A stretch of 64,000 nt of DNA, taken from assembly GCA_036405895.1 (NCBI GenBank), contig DASWWS010000001.1:71864-135863 (forward strand), read 5' to 3'. Below are positions 9,730 through 18,748 of this stretch, one piece after another. This stretch comes from Minisyncoccota bacterium. Lineage in GTDB: Bacteria > Patescibacteriota > Minisyncoccia > Phycocordibacterales > UBA9973. Below the pieces are notes generated by a model, which did not search any database, had not been told where the DNA came from, and worked only from the letters and a program-made list of their open reading frames with translations. The number at the start of each line of letters is the position of its first letter. Position 1 is the first letter of the stretch. The position numbers and the translations under genes were made by a program.

Positions 9730-10511
9730 AAAAAATTACGTTCTCTTTTTTGATAGTTCTTATTGCATGGTTTTGTGCAAGCGCTCCTGCAACAGCAGCT
9801 ACGCTTGTTGTGACTCCTCCGAGCGCGAGTGTTACCGAGGGTTCGACATTCTCCGTGAGCGTGCGAACTGATACGCAAGGACAGTCAGTCAATGTTGCCG
9901 AAGCGACTGTCGGGTTTTCAACAGACACCCTTGAAATAGTGAGCGTCAGTCCCGGCGCTACGTTTACCCTTCAGACCCCTGGCTCGCCAAGTAAAACCGC
10001 ATCAACGGCGTACTTTTCTGCGGGGATTCCTTCGGGCTACAACGGCTCGGCCGGGATGCTGGGCCGTATTACCTTCCGCGCAAAAAAGGCAGGGAAAGCA
10101 ACAATCAGCGTAACGTCCGGGAAAGTACTATTGAATGATGGAAATGCAACAAATGCGCTCAATGGAACTTCTGGTTCCGTAATCACTATCACGCCAAAAC
10201 CGGCTGTTGAACCGACAACTCCTATTAAAGAACCAGAAACCGCTGTTGTACCTCCTTCAATAGAAACACAGCCAGTAGTGGAAATGCCGATTGTTGTTAC
10301 TCCAACGCCTGTTCCAGAACCTGCGACCACGACTATTAGAACAAAAGATCTCTTCACTCTTATTTACATACTGATCGGCATTATCTTTATCCTTCTCGGG
10401 GTAATAATCGCACTCATTGCCGTGATTGCTCATAGAAAACCACTACCTCCCGTTGTACGAAAACCTCGCGCGAAAAAAGCAAAAGAAGAAGTACGGCTTT
10501 CGGATATCTAA
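9726..10511 (+). CDS. Cohesin-like domain protein with Pro/Thr linker and C-terminal membrane anchor
   Basis: GSTFSVSV...QSVNVAEATVGF...LEIVSVS...ITFRAKKAGKATI...VLLNDG; ATGA overlap with the upstream gene. Confidence 0.75.
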   Translation: MKKITFSFLIVLIAWFCASAPATAATLVVTPPSASVTEGSTFSVSVRTDTQGQSVNVAEATVGFSTDTLEIVSVSPGATFTLQTPGSPSKTASTAYFSAGIPSGYNGSAGMLGRITFRAKKAGKATISVTSGKVLLNDGNATNALNGTSGSVITITPKPAVEPTTPIKEPETAVVPPSIETQPVVEMPIVVTPTPVPEPATTTIRTKDLFTLIYILIGIIFILLGVIIALIAVIAHRKPLPPVVRKPRAKKAKEEVRLSDI

Positions 10512-10512
10512 T

Positions 10513-11001
10513 ATGAAGAACCGAGGATTCACTCTTATCGAACTTTTGGTGGTAATCGCAATCATCGGTATCTTGGCGTCAGTTGTTTTAGCTTCTCTTA
10601 ACAGTGCAAGGAAAAAAGCGCAAGACACAAAAATCAGAGCAGAGCTAAAGCAGTTAGCAACTGCCCTTGAATTCTATTTTGATAAATACGGTACCTATGT
10701 TGTTGCTGCTAGTGGGTGGAATGACTGTGGATGCGGGTATGTGACAAGCGATGCTGGACCAAGTGGAAGGACGATAGTACAAGCTCTTGTTGCAGAAGGA
10801 TTCATGTCAACAGATTTTGATGAGCCGGGCGGCATCAATTATATGCTCTATAATTGCGGTACCGAGCGTTATGCGCTCTCTGCAACCTTAAACAACCCCA
10901 CCGCACAGGATATTGCGTATGCTCAAACGACTTGTAATGCAACCGGAGGAAACGGCACCTATTCCCATTATGGGAAAAACTTTTCCATAGAAAAGCTCTA
11001 G
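10513..11001 (+). CDS. Type IV pilin / GspG-like pseudopilin (paralog 3)
   Basis: MKNRG/FTLIELLVVIAIIGILASVV; ARKKAQD...LKQLATALEFYFD. Confidence 0.9.
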   Translation: MKNRGFTLIELLVVIAIIGILASVVLASLNSARKKAQDTKIRAELKQLATALEFYFDKYGTYVVAASGWNDCGCGYVTSDAGPSGRTIVQALVAEGFMSTDFDEPGGINYMLYNCGTERYALSATLNNPTAQDIAYAQTTCNATGGNGTYSHYGKNFSIEKL

Positions 11002-11023
11002 AAAACTGCGCTATACTATATAT

Positions 11024-11704
11024 ATGAAAAAAACAATCACTTGGATTATTGTACTTTTGGCTATTGGGGCGGGAGCATTTTTGTACTTGACTCGACCGGT
11101 AAAGGTAGAGGATAGCAGCACTACAGCGGGAGTTGAATCCGAGCTTTCTGCGGACAATAAAAAGGGAGAAACACTCTATCGAATCAACAAAGAGCAGTCG
11201 ACCGCAAAGTTCACGATTAAAGAAGATCTTCGCGGTGAGCCATTTACTGTTGTAGGAACAACCAATGATATAAGCGGGGATGTTGTTCTTAAGACGGAAG
11301 GAAAGGCAGAGCTTACGATTGGAACAATTCTTATCGACGTTCGCACCTTCAAAACTGACAATGCAAATCGGGACGGCGCAATCAATCGCCTCATTGTGCA
11401 GACCGGTACAGAGGGTCATGAATATGCAGTACTTACGAACACTTCTGTTTCCGGTCTTCCTGAAACGATTACTGTAGGCACCCCATTTACGTTTGAGGTA
11501 ACAGGAGACCTAATGCTTGCAGGAATAAAGAAACCGGCAACCTTTGCAGTAACTGCAACACAGAACGAGGGTTCATTGTCGGGAACATTGAGCTCAACCT
11601 TGAAGCGCTCTGACTACAAACTCGTTATTCCGAACATTCCGTTTGTTGCAAATGTGTCTGACGACTTTGTTGTCAGCGCGGACTTTGTTGCAGTAGCGCA
11701 ATAA
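11024..11704 (+). CDS. YceI-like lipid/polyisoprenoid-binding protein
   Basis: N-terminal TM; S.AKF, VVGTTNDISG, KTDNANRD, VTGDL, LKRSDY motifs. Confidence 0.8.
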   Translation: MKKTITWIIVLLAIGAGAFLYLTRPVKVEDSSTTAGVESELSADNKKGETLYRINKEQSTAKFTIKEDLRGEPFTVVGTTNDISGDVVLKTEGKAELTIGTILIDVRTFKTDNANRDGAINRLIVQTGTEGHEYAVLTNTSVSGLPETITVGTPFTFEVTGDLMLAGIKKPATFAVTATQNEGSLSGTLSSTLKRSDYKLVIPNIPFVANVSDDFVVSADFVAVAQ

Positions 11705-11710
11705 TACATA

Positions 11711-12232
11711 ATGAAAAACCGAGGCTTCACCTTAATAGAGCTCCTTGTTGTTATTGCAGTGATTGGCATTTTAGCATCTGTTGTTTTAGCGAGCTTGAAT
11801 AGTGCTCGCGTTAAGGCTCGTAATGTTCGTCGCAATGCGGACATCCGGGAATTGCAAAGTGCCTTTGCTTTGGCAGCAAGCGATACAGGATCGATGCCGA
11901 GCTCTGCCGGAAACTTTGAGGGGTGGGCATGCGTCAGTGCTACATGCTATCAAGGATGGAGTATATATAGTGCCAACAGCACAGTGGATACCTTTATCGC
12001 AACAACGATGCCGTCAAAACCTATTGACCCTCCGGGCGGTCGCGGATACGGCGGATATTTGTACCATAGTTCATCATTGGGAGCCACTAACTATGATGGA
12101 AGTGTTACCACTGCAGGCCCCGTATTACACTGGCTGTTGGAGCCACCCTACAAAGTTGGGATGTGTGGTGCCGGAAATGCAAACGCTGTAAATTCAAACT
12201 ATGTCGCCTGTGTTATTTCGATAGGAAGATAA
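11711..12232 (+). CDS. Type IV pilin-like protein (paralog 4, 173 aa)
   Basis: Class III signal; WACVSATCYQGW and KPIDPPGGRGYGGYLY shared with 3016 and 3793. Confidence 0.9.
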   Translation: MKNRGFTLIELLVVIAVIGILASVVLASLNSARVKARNVRRNADIRELQSAFALAASDTGSMPSSAGNFEGWACVSATCYQGWSIYSANSTVDTFIATTMPSKPIDPPGGRGYGGYLYHSSSLGATNYDGSVTTAGPVLHWLLEPPYKVGMCGAGNANAVNSNYVACVISIGR

Positions 12233-12233
12233 T

Positions 12234-12263
12234 AAAAAAACCCACCGTTTGGCGGGTTTTTTT
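12234..12263. terminator. Bidirectional intrinsic terminator
   Basis: A7-CCCACC-gttt-GGCGGG-T7 between convergent genes. Confidence 0.75.
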
Positions 12264-12264
12264 A

Positions 12265-13377
12265 TTATTGGGTTTTGAAAGTAATAACAACAAGTTCAGG
12301 CGAATTGAATGTGCGGAATGGGGGACCGAATGTTCCAACTCCGCTCGTGGTCAAAACCTGCATGGTATTGAAGAGATTGAGTCCGTAATAATATGCTCCG
12401 TATATTGGGCGGACGACATAGGTCATTGGCCAAAACTGTCCGTTGTGGGTATGACCCGAAACCATAAGGTTCACTCCGGCATTTTCAGCTTCAGCCAGAG
12501 AAGTAGGCGGGTGATTGATAAGGATGGCAGTTTTATTTTTGTCGAGAGAAAGATTCTCTAAAGCACTGTTTGCAGCAGTCTTACTCTCTGCATTGGTACC
12601 ATAATAGGTAAGGCCCGCAATCTGTACGCCCTTATGTTCAACCATTCTGTTATCAAGCACGGTTACGCCTGCATTTCGCACGGAGTTTACAAACATTTCA
12701 TAATCGCCGTATGTTTCATGATTTCCTGGTGCGTAAAATACTGGAATTTTTTCTGCAAGGCGCTTCCAGGAAACAGTAATGGGAGCAGTTTCAACTCTCG
12801 GTCCGTCATAAAAGTCTCCGGCATGAAGGACGAGATCGGGGTTGAGCGTGAGAATGTTATTGATAACTTTATCGGAAAACTTGGCATGGTTTACTAGCCC
12901 GAAGTGCGTGTCAGAAACAAGCACTGCACGCACACCATTCCACTCTTGCGGCAGGTTCGCAAGTGTTACCGAATATTCGACCGTTACGAAAGAACGGGAC
13001 TGAATAAGGCCTGTAATGCCAAGTAGTAGTGAGATGCTTAAAAAAGTAATTGGGATAAATAGTGGAAGTGCGGTTTTTGCAAGAGAAAAGCCAAGCATTA
13101 CCACCGAAAGGGCAAGTCCTCCAAGAAAGAGATAAAACCCAAAGCCCGCAATAATATTTATTGCACTATAGAGGGTTGGATGAAGCGATTGAGCGCTTCG
13201 GCCCATTGTCATGCCAAGAATAAAGCCCCCAAGGACAAGGAGGCCAGACGCCATTGCAGCTTTTGACCAGGCAGGAGAAAGGCGAAATGCTACAGCGTAC
13301 ATTTTCCCTGAGAGAATAATAAGGCCGATAAATCCGGCGAATACCAAGATACCGAGGAGCATTTTTGTTGAAATCAT
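12265..13377 (-). CDS. Membrane-anchored metallophosphoesterase (YkuE-like)
   Basis: N-terminal TM helices; SDTH, GDFYD, GNHE, HPP, SGHTHNGQ, SGVG motifs; start placed at 13377. Confidence 0.9.
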   Translation of the reverse strand: MISTKMLLGILVFAGFIGLIILSGKMYAVAFRLSPAWSKAAMASGLLVLGGFILGMTMGRSAQSLHPTLYSAINIIAGFGFYLFLGGLALSVVMLGFSLAKTALPLFIPITFLSISLLLGITGLIQSRSFVTVEYSVTLANLPQEWNGVRAVLVSDTHFGLVNHAKFSDKVINNILTLNPDLVLHAGDFYDGPRVETAPITVSWKRLAEKIPVFYAPGNHETYGDYEMFVNSVRNAGVTVLDNRMVEHKGVQIAGLTYYGTNAESKTAANSALENLSLDKNKTAILINHPPTSLAEAENAGVNLMVSGHTHNGQFWPMTYVVRPIYGAYYYGLNLFNTMQVLTTSGVGTFGPPFRTFNSPELVVITFKTQ

Positions 13378-13429
13378 GTGTGTCAGTATAGCAGGAAAAG
13401 GATGCGAAACAGCGTGATACAATGAAGCT

Positions 13430-16384
13430 ATGGATACCTTTGGAGAGGCGTATAAGACCTTAAACACCAAGCAAAAGCAGGCGGTGGATGCTATTGAAGG
13501 GCCGGTCATGGTGATTGCGGGCCCGGGTACCGGCAAGACACAGGTTTTGAGCCTTCGCATTGCGAACATTTTAACCAAGACCGATACTCCGCCTGACGGC
13601 ATACTGTGTCTGACATTTACCAATGCCGGCGTCAAAGCGATGCGCGAACGCTTGATGCGCTATATCGGACCCGCGGCCCTTCGTGTGAAGGTAAACACTT
13701 TTCATAGTTTCGCACTTTCTTTAATCGAAGAGTTTTATCACGCACTCGATTATGATATGGTGCCGATGCTTTTGGAAGACACCTCAACGGTGGCACTGTT
13801 TGACGAATTGCTTCACATGCGCGAGTGGCACCATGTGCGCCCCCGCTCGAACCCTTCGATGTACTTTCGCGATCTCAAATCCCTCATTTCAACTCTCAAG
13901 CGCGACCGTATTACCCCCGCTGCTTTTATTGAAAGCATAGAGCGCGAAATGGAGACACTGCGAAATGATCCTGCAAGCATCTCTTCTCGGGGAGAGACAA
14001 AGGGGCAGATAAAAAAAGACGTTGAAAAGAAATTGGAGAGCTTTGAGAGAAGTCTTGAAGCCGGAGCTTTTTATGCACTGTACGAAGAAGTGAAAAACGA
14101 ACGCGGGCTGATTGACTACAATGATGTGTTGGAGCATTTGGTAAAGCTTGTGGAAGTATCAGACGATGTGCGAGACACGATTCGGGAGCGATACTTGTAT
14201 GTATTGGTTGATGAGCACCAGGATTCAAGTGGTATTCAAAACGAATTCTTGCGGTTGGTATGGGCCGATACGGAACAACCAAACCTCTTTGTGGTGGGGG
14301 ATGATAGGCAGCTGATTTATGGATTTGGCGGTGCATCGCTTTCGCACTTTGAAGCATTCACGCGCGGCTTCGGTGAAGTTGCGCTTATTACCCTTACCGA
14401 GAACTACCGCTCCACACAAACAGTATTGGATATGGCAGAGGCGCTCTTGCAGAGTGATATGGCCGAAGGCAAGCTTACGGGAAATACGCTTGAAGCTCAC
14501 TCTCTGAAGCTGGTTGAAGCAAGCTATCCTCGTGACGAAATTATTCTCGCCGGCCTTTTCATGCAGGAAAAAATAGCAGCAGGGACAGACAGTAATGACT
14601 GTGCAATCTTGGTGCCCAAAAACCGCCAGGTAAAAAGTGCAATGCAAACGCTTCGCGATATGGGATTGCCGGTTGCTGCGAGTACAACATTGCAGTTGTT
14701 TGAGCTACCCGAAGCGCAGTCCTTGTTGAACGTGCTTCGCGTGGTTGCGAATCCGTTTGACAGTGTTTCACTGGTCCATTCGCTCCTTGACCCGCTCTCG
14801 AGCATCCCACCCCTGATTGCACACCGCTTTCTTTCTGCTCACAAAAAACCAACACTTGAAACACTCCTTCAGTCTGAAGATGAACCAGTACACAAATGGG
14901 CGATGAGCATTTCTGTATGGCTTTCTGTTGCACAGACAACAGACGCATACGGGCTTATTCAGCACATTGCCGAAGACTGTTTTCTTGTGGCAGAAGCGGG
15001 GGACGACGTAGTACGTCGGCGTGTTGAAATTGTCCGTACATTTTTGCATCTTGCGCTTTCGCAAAGCGAGCGTGGGACAAAGGTAACTGTCAGCGACTTT
15101 CTTTCATTTATTGCGCGCTTGGAAGAGTACAACGAAGACATTCCGCTTGCGGTGTTTGGTGCAGGCCATGGAATAAAAGTCCTCACATTACACGGCTCAA
15201 AAGGGCTTGAATTTGATGCGGTATGGATTGCGCATATGGACGAGCGCTCACTGATGGGAAGCAAGCGTCAGGCTTTTGCACTGCCTGAGGACTTATTAAA
15301 AGAAGAAGCGCTCCACGACGAATCGGTAAAAAAGCGCGAGCTCTATGTTGCAATCACTCGCGCAAAGCGGTTTTGCACTATTTCTTCTGCACGCCATAGT
15401 TATAGTGGGGCAGACCAAGTGCTTGCAAGCGTAGTGTCTGCACTACCAAGCGAACTCTTTGAAAAAAGCACAGCCGAAGAATCAGAGGCTCTTATTCTCA
15501 GTACTGCCCCGCGCTTGTACATCGACGCAGTACCGCCTGAAAAAACCGAAACGCATGATGTATTGCAAGAATTGGTGCGGGAAGAATATGCAAAACGCCG
15601 CGTATCGGTGACGATGCTCAATAACTTTTTTGAATGCACCTGGAAGTGGTATTTTAGAAACCTTCTGCAATTGCCGGAGCCAGAAAACGAGTCTCTCCAT
15701 GTTGGTACGGTAGTGCACGGCGCGATTGAGGCAGTGCTTAAAAACGGCGTTGTTGGTCTTGAAGAAACAATAGAGACGCTCGCGCTTCGCGAGGCACGCT
15801 ATGACGAAGTGCATGCAAGCCGGCTGGTTGCTCAAGCAACGCCGATTGTGAATTCATGGATTAAAACCACGCTTCCGGATATTGTAGCGCCGTATAGTAC
15901 AGAGCGTGCACTTTCGTATGTTGACCCCGACTTCGCGCATCTTACGTTGTTTGGAAAAATCGACTTGGTGGAAGAAATCATTACCGACGAAGTGCGCGTG
16001 ACAGACTGGAAAACAGGGAGTACAAAAACAAAGGCCGACATTGAAAAAGTCGATGAAGAGGGGCGAATGTCAGCGTATCTCCGCCAGCTCGCGATGTATT
16101 CGTATCTGTTGCAAGGCATGACGCGCGACAATACAAGTGTGTCAGAGTCCCGATTGGTCTTTCTTGAAGCAAAGGCGGGGGATAAGAACGCCATTGTATC
16201 TCGGCGCATCGCAGGAGAGGAGGTTGCAAAATTGCGCCAGGATATCCGGGATTATGATGAATTGGCAAAAACAGGAGCGTGGATGGCGCGTCCGTGCCGC
16301 GCGAAACTCTATAGAGAGGGGGACGTGTGCGAATACTGCGCTATGGCCCATAAATACGGGGTTTTACAGCGTATTAGCGAGTAA
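13430..16384 (+). CDS. UvrD/SF1A helicase fused to a C-terminal PD-(D/E)XK (RecB-like) nuclease
   Basis: AGPGTGKT, LTFT, LVDEHQD, VGDDRQLIY, ENYRS, TLHGSKGLEF, YVAITRAK; C-terminal GKIDLV..DWKTG..QLAMY. Confidence 0.9.
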   Translation: MDTFGEAYKTLNTKQKQAVDAIEGPVMVIAGPGTGKTQVLSLRIANILTKTDTPPDGILCLTFTNAGVKAMRERLMRYIGPAALRVKVNTFHSFALSLIEEFYHALDYDMVPMLLEDTSTVALFDELLHMREWHHVRPRSNPSMYFRDLKSLISTLKRDRITPAAFIESIEREMETLRNDPASISSRGETKGQIKKDVEKKLESFERSLEAGAFYALYEEVKNERGLIDYNDVLEHLVKLVEVSDDVRDTIRERYLYVLVDEHQDSSGIQNEFLRLVWADTEQPNLFVVGDDRQLIYGFGGASLSHFEAFTRGFGEVALITLTENYRSTQTVLDMAEALLQSDMAEGKLTGNTLEAHSLKLVEASYPRDEIILAGLFMQEKIAAGTDSNDCAILVPKNRQVKSAMQTLRDMGLPVAASTTLQLFELPEAQSLLNVLRVVANPFDSVSLVHSLLDPLSSIPPLIAHRFLSAHKKPTLETLLQSEDEPVHKWAMSISVWLSVAQTTDAYGLIQHIAEDCFLVAEAGDDVVRRRVEIVRTFLHLALSQSERGTKVTVSDFLSFIARLEEYNEDIPLAVFGAGHGIKVLTLHGSKGLEFDAVWIAHMDERSLMGSKRQAFALPEDLLKEEALHDESVKKRELYVAITRAKRFCTISSARHSYSGADQVLASVVSALPSELFEKSTAEESEALILSTAPRLYIDAVPPEKTETHDVLQELVREEYAKRRVSVTMLNNFFECTWKWYFRNLLQLPEPENESLHVGTVVHGAIEAVLKNGVVGLEETIETLALREARYDEVHASRLVAQATPIVNSWIKTTLPDIVAPYSTERALSYVDPDFAHLTLFGKIDLVEEIITDEVRVTDWKTGSTKTKADIEKVDEEGRMSAYLRQLAMYSYLLQGMTRDNTSVSESRLVFLEAKAGDKNAIVSRRIAGEEVAKLRQDIRDYDELAKTGAWMARPCRAKLYREGDVCEYCAMAHKYGVLQRISE

Positions 16385-16441
16385 AAGGACTATTCGTCAA
16401 CTCGCTCTCACTCTATAAAAATGCTATAATTTGCAGACTAA

Positions 16442-18523
16442 ATGGCAAAATCTGAAGCGGAAAAAAAGAAAGGCGGAAGCTATGGAGCAGACCAAATCTC
16501 AGTCCTTGAAGGACTTGAGCCGGTGCGCCGCCGACCGGGTATGTACATTGGCTCTACAGGGCCGACTGGTCTTCACCACCTTGTATGGGAAATTTTCGAT
16601 AACTCACGCGACGAGGCGATGGGCGGCTTTGCCGACCATGTTGAACTCACCCTTTTGCCGAACAACCAAGTGCGCGTTGTCGACAACGGTCGAGGGATTC
16701 CTGTAGGTATTCATCCAAAAACAAAAGTATCCGCCCTTGAAACGGTGATGACTACGCTTCACGCGGGAGGAAAATTCGGAGGAGATGACTCGGGGTACAA
16801 GGTGTCCGGAGGTCTTCACGGCGTGGGCGCGTCAGTGGTAAATGCGCTCTCTGACTATACGCGCGCAGAAGTGCACAAAGAAGGTGCGGTGTGGGTGCAG
16901 GAATATTCGCAAGGGAATAAAAAGGCTGCGGTAAAGAAAATCGGCACGACAAAAAACAACGGAACGATCATTACTTTCCAGCCGGACCCGACTATTTTTA
17001 AAGAAGGAATCGTGTTTGATTGGAAAACCATCGTCGACCACCTTCGCCAGCAGGCATACCTCGTCAAGAAACTTCGTGTCACTATTATTGATGCTCGAAA
17101 CGTTGAAGAGTCATTTGATGCAACAAAAGCATTTTGGTTTACCGAGCTTGCCATTGAAGCGCCTTCCATTACGTACTACTTTGAAGGAGGGATACAGTCT
17201 ATGGTGCGCCATTACAACCAGCATCAAAAGCCGATCCACGACACCGTATTTTATTGCGAAAAGGATCAGGACAATGTCGGCATTGAAATTGCACTCCAGT
17301 ATGTTGACGATATTTCAGCGCGCATCGTGCCGTTTGCAAACAACATCTACAACCCCGAGCAGGGAACACATGTTACCGGTTTTAAAACAGCGCTTACCCG
17401 TGTGCTCAATACATACGGCAAGAAAAACAACCTCATCAAAGACGCTGACGGCCCGTTTACCGGAGACGACGTTTTGGAGGGCCTCACTGTAGTGATTTCT
17501 GTAAAGCTCGCTGAAATTCAATTTGAAGGACAGACGAAAGCAAAGCTCGGAAGCATGGAAGCACAGGGTGCGACTACCACTGTCTTTGGTGACGCGTTCT
17601 CAACATTTTTGGAAGAGAATCCTGACCAGGCAAAGGCTATCATTATGAAAGGCCTTTTGGCACTGCGTTCACGAAAAGCTGCGAAAGCTGCAAAGGATAA
17701 TATTCTTCGCAAGGGCGCGCTAGAAGGAATGACACTGCCGGGCAAGCTCGCTGACTGCCAGACCAAAGATGCTTCTGAGAGCGAGCTGTTTATCGTTGAG
17801 GGTGACTCTGCTGGCGGTACGGCAAAGATGGGGCGTGACCGCCGTACCCAAGCTATTTTGCCGCTTCGAGGAAAAATCCTTAACGTTGAGCGCGCTCGAC
17901 TCGACCGCATGCTCGGAAGTCAGGAGATTAAGAACCTTGTCATTGCAATGGGGACTTCAATCGGAGACACCTTTGATCTTGAAAAGATGCGCTACCACAA
18001 GATTGTGCTTGCAACGGACGCGGACACTGACGGCGGGCACATCCGCACACTTATCCTCACGCTCTTCTATCGCTACTTCCGAGCAGTGATTGAGGCGGGC
18101 TATGTTTACATTGCGCAGCCGCCACTCTACAAAATCAAAAAAGGGAAAGAGCTTTTTTATGCGTACAACGATACTGAAAAAGAGGCAGTGCTCAAGCAAA
18201 TCGGAGGAGGCGATGTGCCCGAGGTGGTCTTAGAAGAAGGAGAAGAGGCGATGTCTGAAGAAGAGGAGGATGGAGAAGGCGAAGAGACAAAGAAGAAGCG
18301 CGCAACCAAAATCTCTATCCAGCGATACAAAGGTTTGGGTGAAATGAACTCAGACGAATTGTGGGAAACCACCATGGACCCAGCGCGCCGAGTGATGAAG
18401 CAAATCACGATTGACGATGCTGTAGAAGCCGACAATATCTTCGATGTCCTGATGGGCTCAGAAGTTGCTCCGCGAAAGAGCTTCATCCAGGCTAATGCCA
18501 AGCTCGCAAACCTCGATATATAA
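16442..18523 (+). CDS. gyrB: DNA gyrase subunit B (type II topoisomerase B subunit)
   Basis: VRRRPGMYIG, GGLHGVG, EGDSAGG, PLRGKILNV, DADTDG, RYKGLGEM. Confidence 0.93.
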   Translation: MAKSEAEKKKGGSYGADQISVLEGLEPVRRRPGMYIGSTGPTGLHHLVWEIFDNSRDEAMGGFADHVELTLLPNNQVRVVDNGRGIPVGIHPKTKVSALETVMTTLHAGGKFGGDDSGYKVSGGLHGVGASVVNALSDYTRAEVHKEGAVWVQEYSQGNKKAAVKKIGTTKNNGTIITFQPDPTIFKEGIVFDWKTIVDHLRQQAYLVKKLRVTIIDARNVEESFDATKAFWFTELAIEAPSITYYFEGGIQSMVRHYNQHQKPIHDTVFYCEKDQDNVGIEIALQYVDDISARIVPFANNIYNPEQGTHVTGFKTALTRVLNTYGKKNNLIKDADGPFTGDDVLEGLTVVISVKLAEIQFEGQTKAKLGSMEAQGATTTVFGDAFSTFLEENPDQAKAIIMKGLLALRSRKAAKAAKDNILRKGALEGMTLPGKLADCQTKDASESELFIVEGDSAGGTAKMGRDRRTQAILPLRGKILNVERARLDRMLGSQEIKNLVIAMGTSIGDTFDLEKMRYHKIVLATDADTDGGHIRTLILTLFYRYFRAVIEAGYVYIAQPPLYKIKKGKELFYAYNDTEKEAVLKQIGGGDVPEVVLEEGEEAMSEEEEDGEGEETKKKRATKISIQRYKGLGEMNSDELWETTMDPARRVMKQITIDDAVEADNIFDVLMGSEVAPRKSFIQANAKLANLDI

Positions 18524-18550
18524 AAACTCCCACAACAGTGGGAGTTTTTA
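18521..18550. terminator. Bidirectional intrinsic terminator
   Basis: TAAAAACTCCCAC-aaca-GTGGGAGTTTTTA. Confidence 0.8.
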
Positions 18551-18552
18551 TA

Positions 18553-18741
18553 TTAGAGAGCGTTTTTGATAAGTGTGCGGAGGTCTTCGATATGCTTTTC
18601 TTTATCTTCCATCAAAGTACTCCAGAATGCTTTTACTTCTTCAGTGTCCGCTTCGGGGAGGTAATTGTTTTTAATGCGCCAGAGGCTTTTTGATTCTTGT
18701 GTGAGCTGGGTCATCAGGTTGTATGTGTTGTTGTTTTCCAT
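18553..18741 (-). CDS. Small ferritin-like helical hypothetical protein
   Basis: 62 aa with YNL..QLTQE.KSLWRI...Y and EDKEKHI; directly downstream of thrS. Confidence 0.7.
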   Translation of the reverse strand: MENNNTYNLMTQLTQESKSLWRIKNNYLPEADTEEVKAFWSTLMEDKEKHIEDLRTLIKNAL

Positions 18742-18748
18742 AAATATA

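Noticed and set aside
3016-12232. Neisseria-style silent pilin cassettes or DGR targets
   Set aside because: Every copy has a full start and signal peptide, synonymous sites are diverged, and no reverse transcriptase or adenine-specific template repeat is visible.
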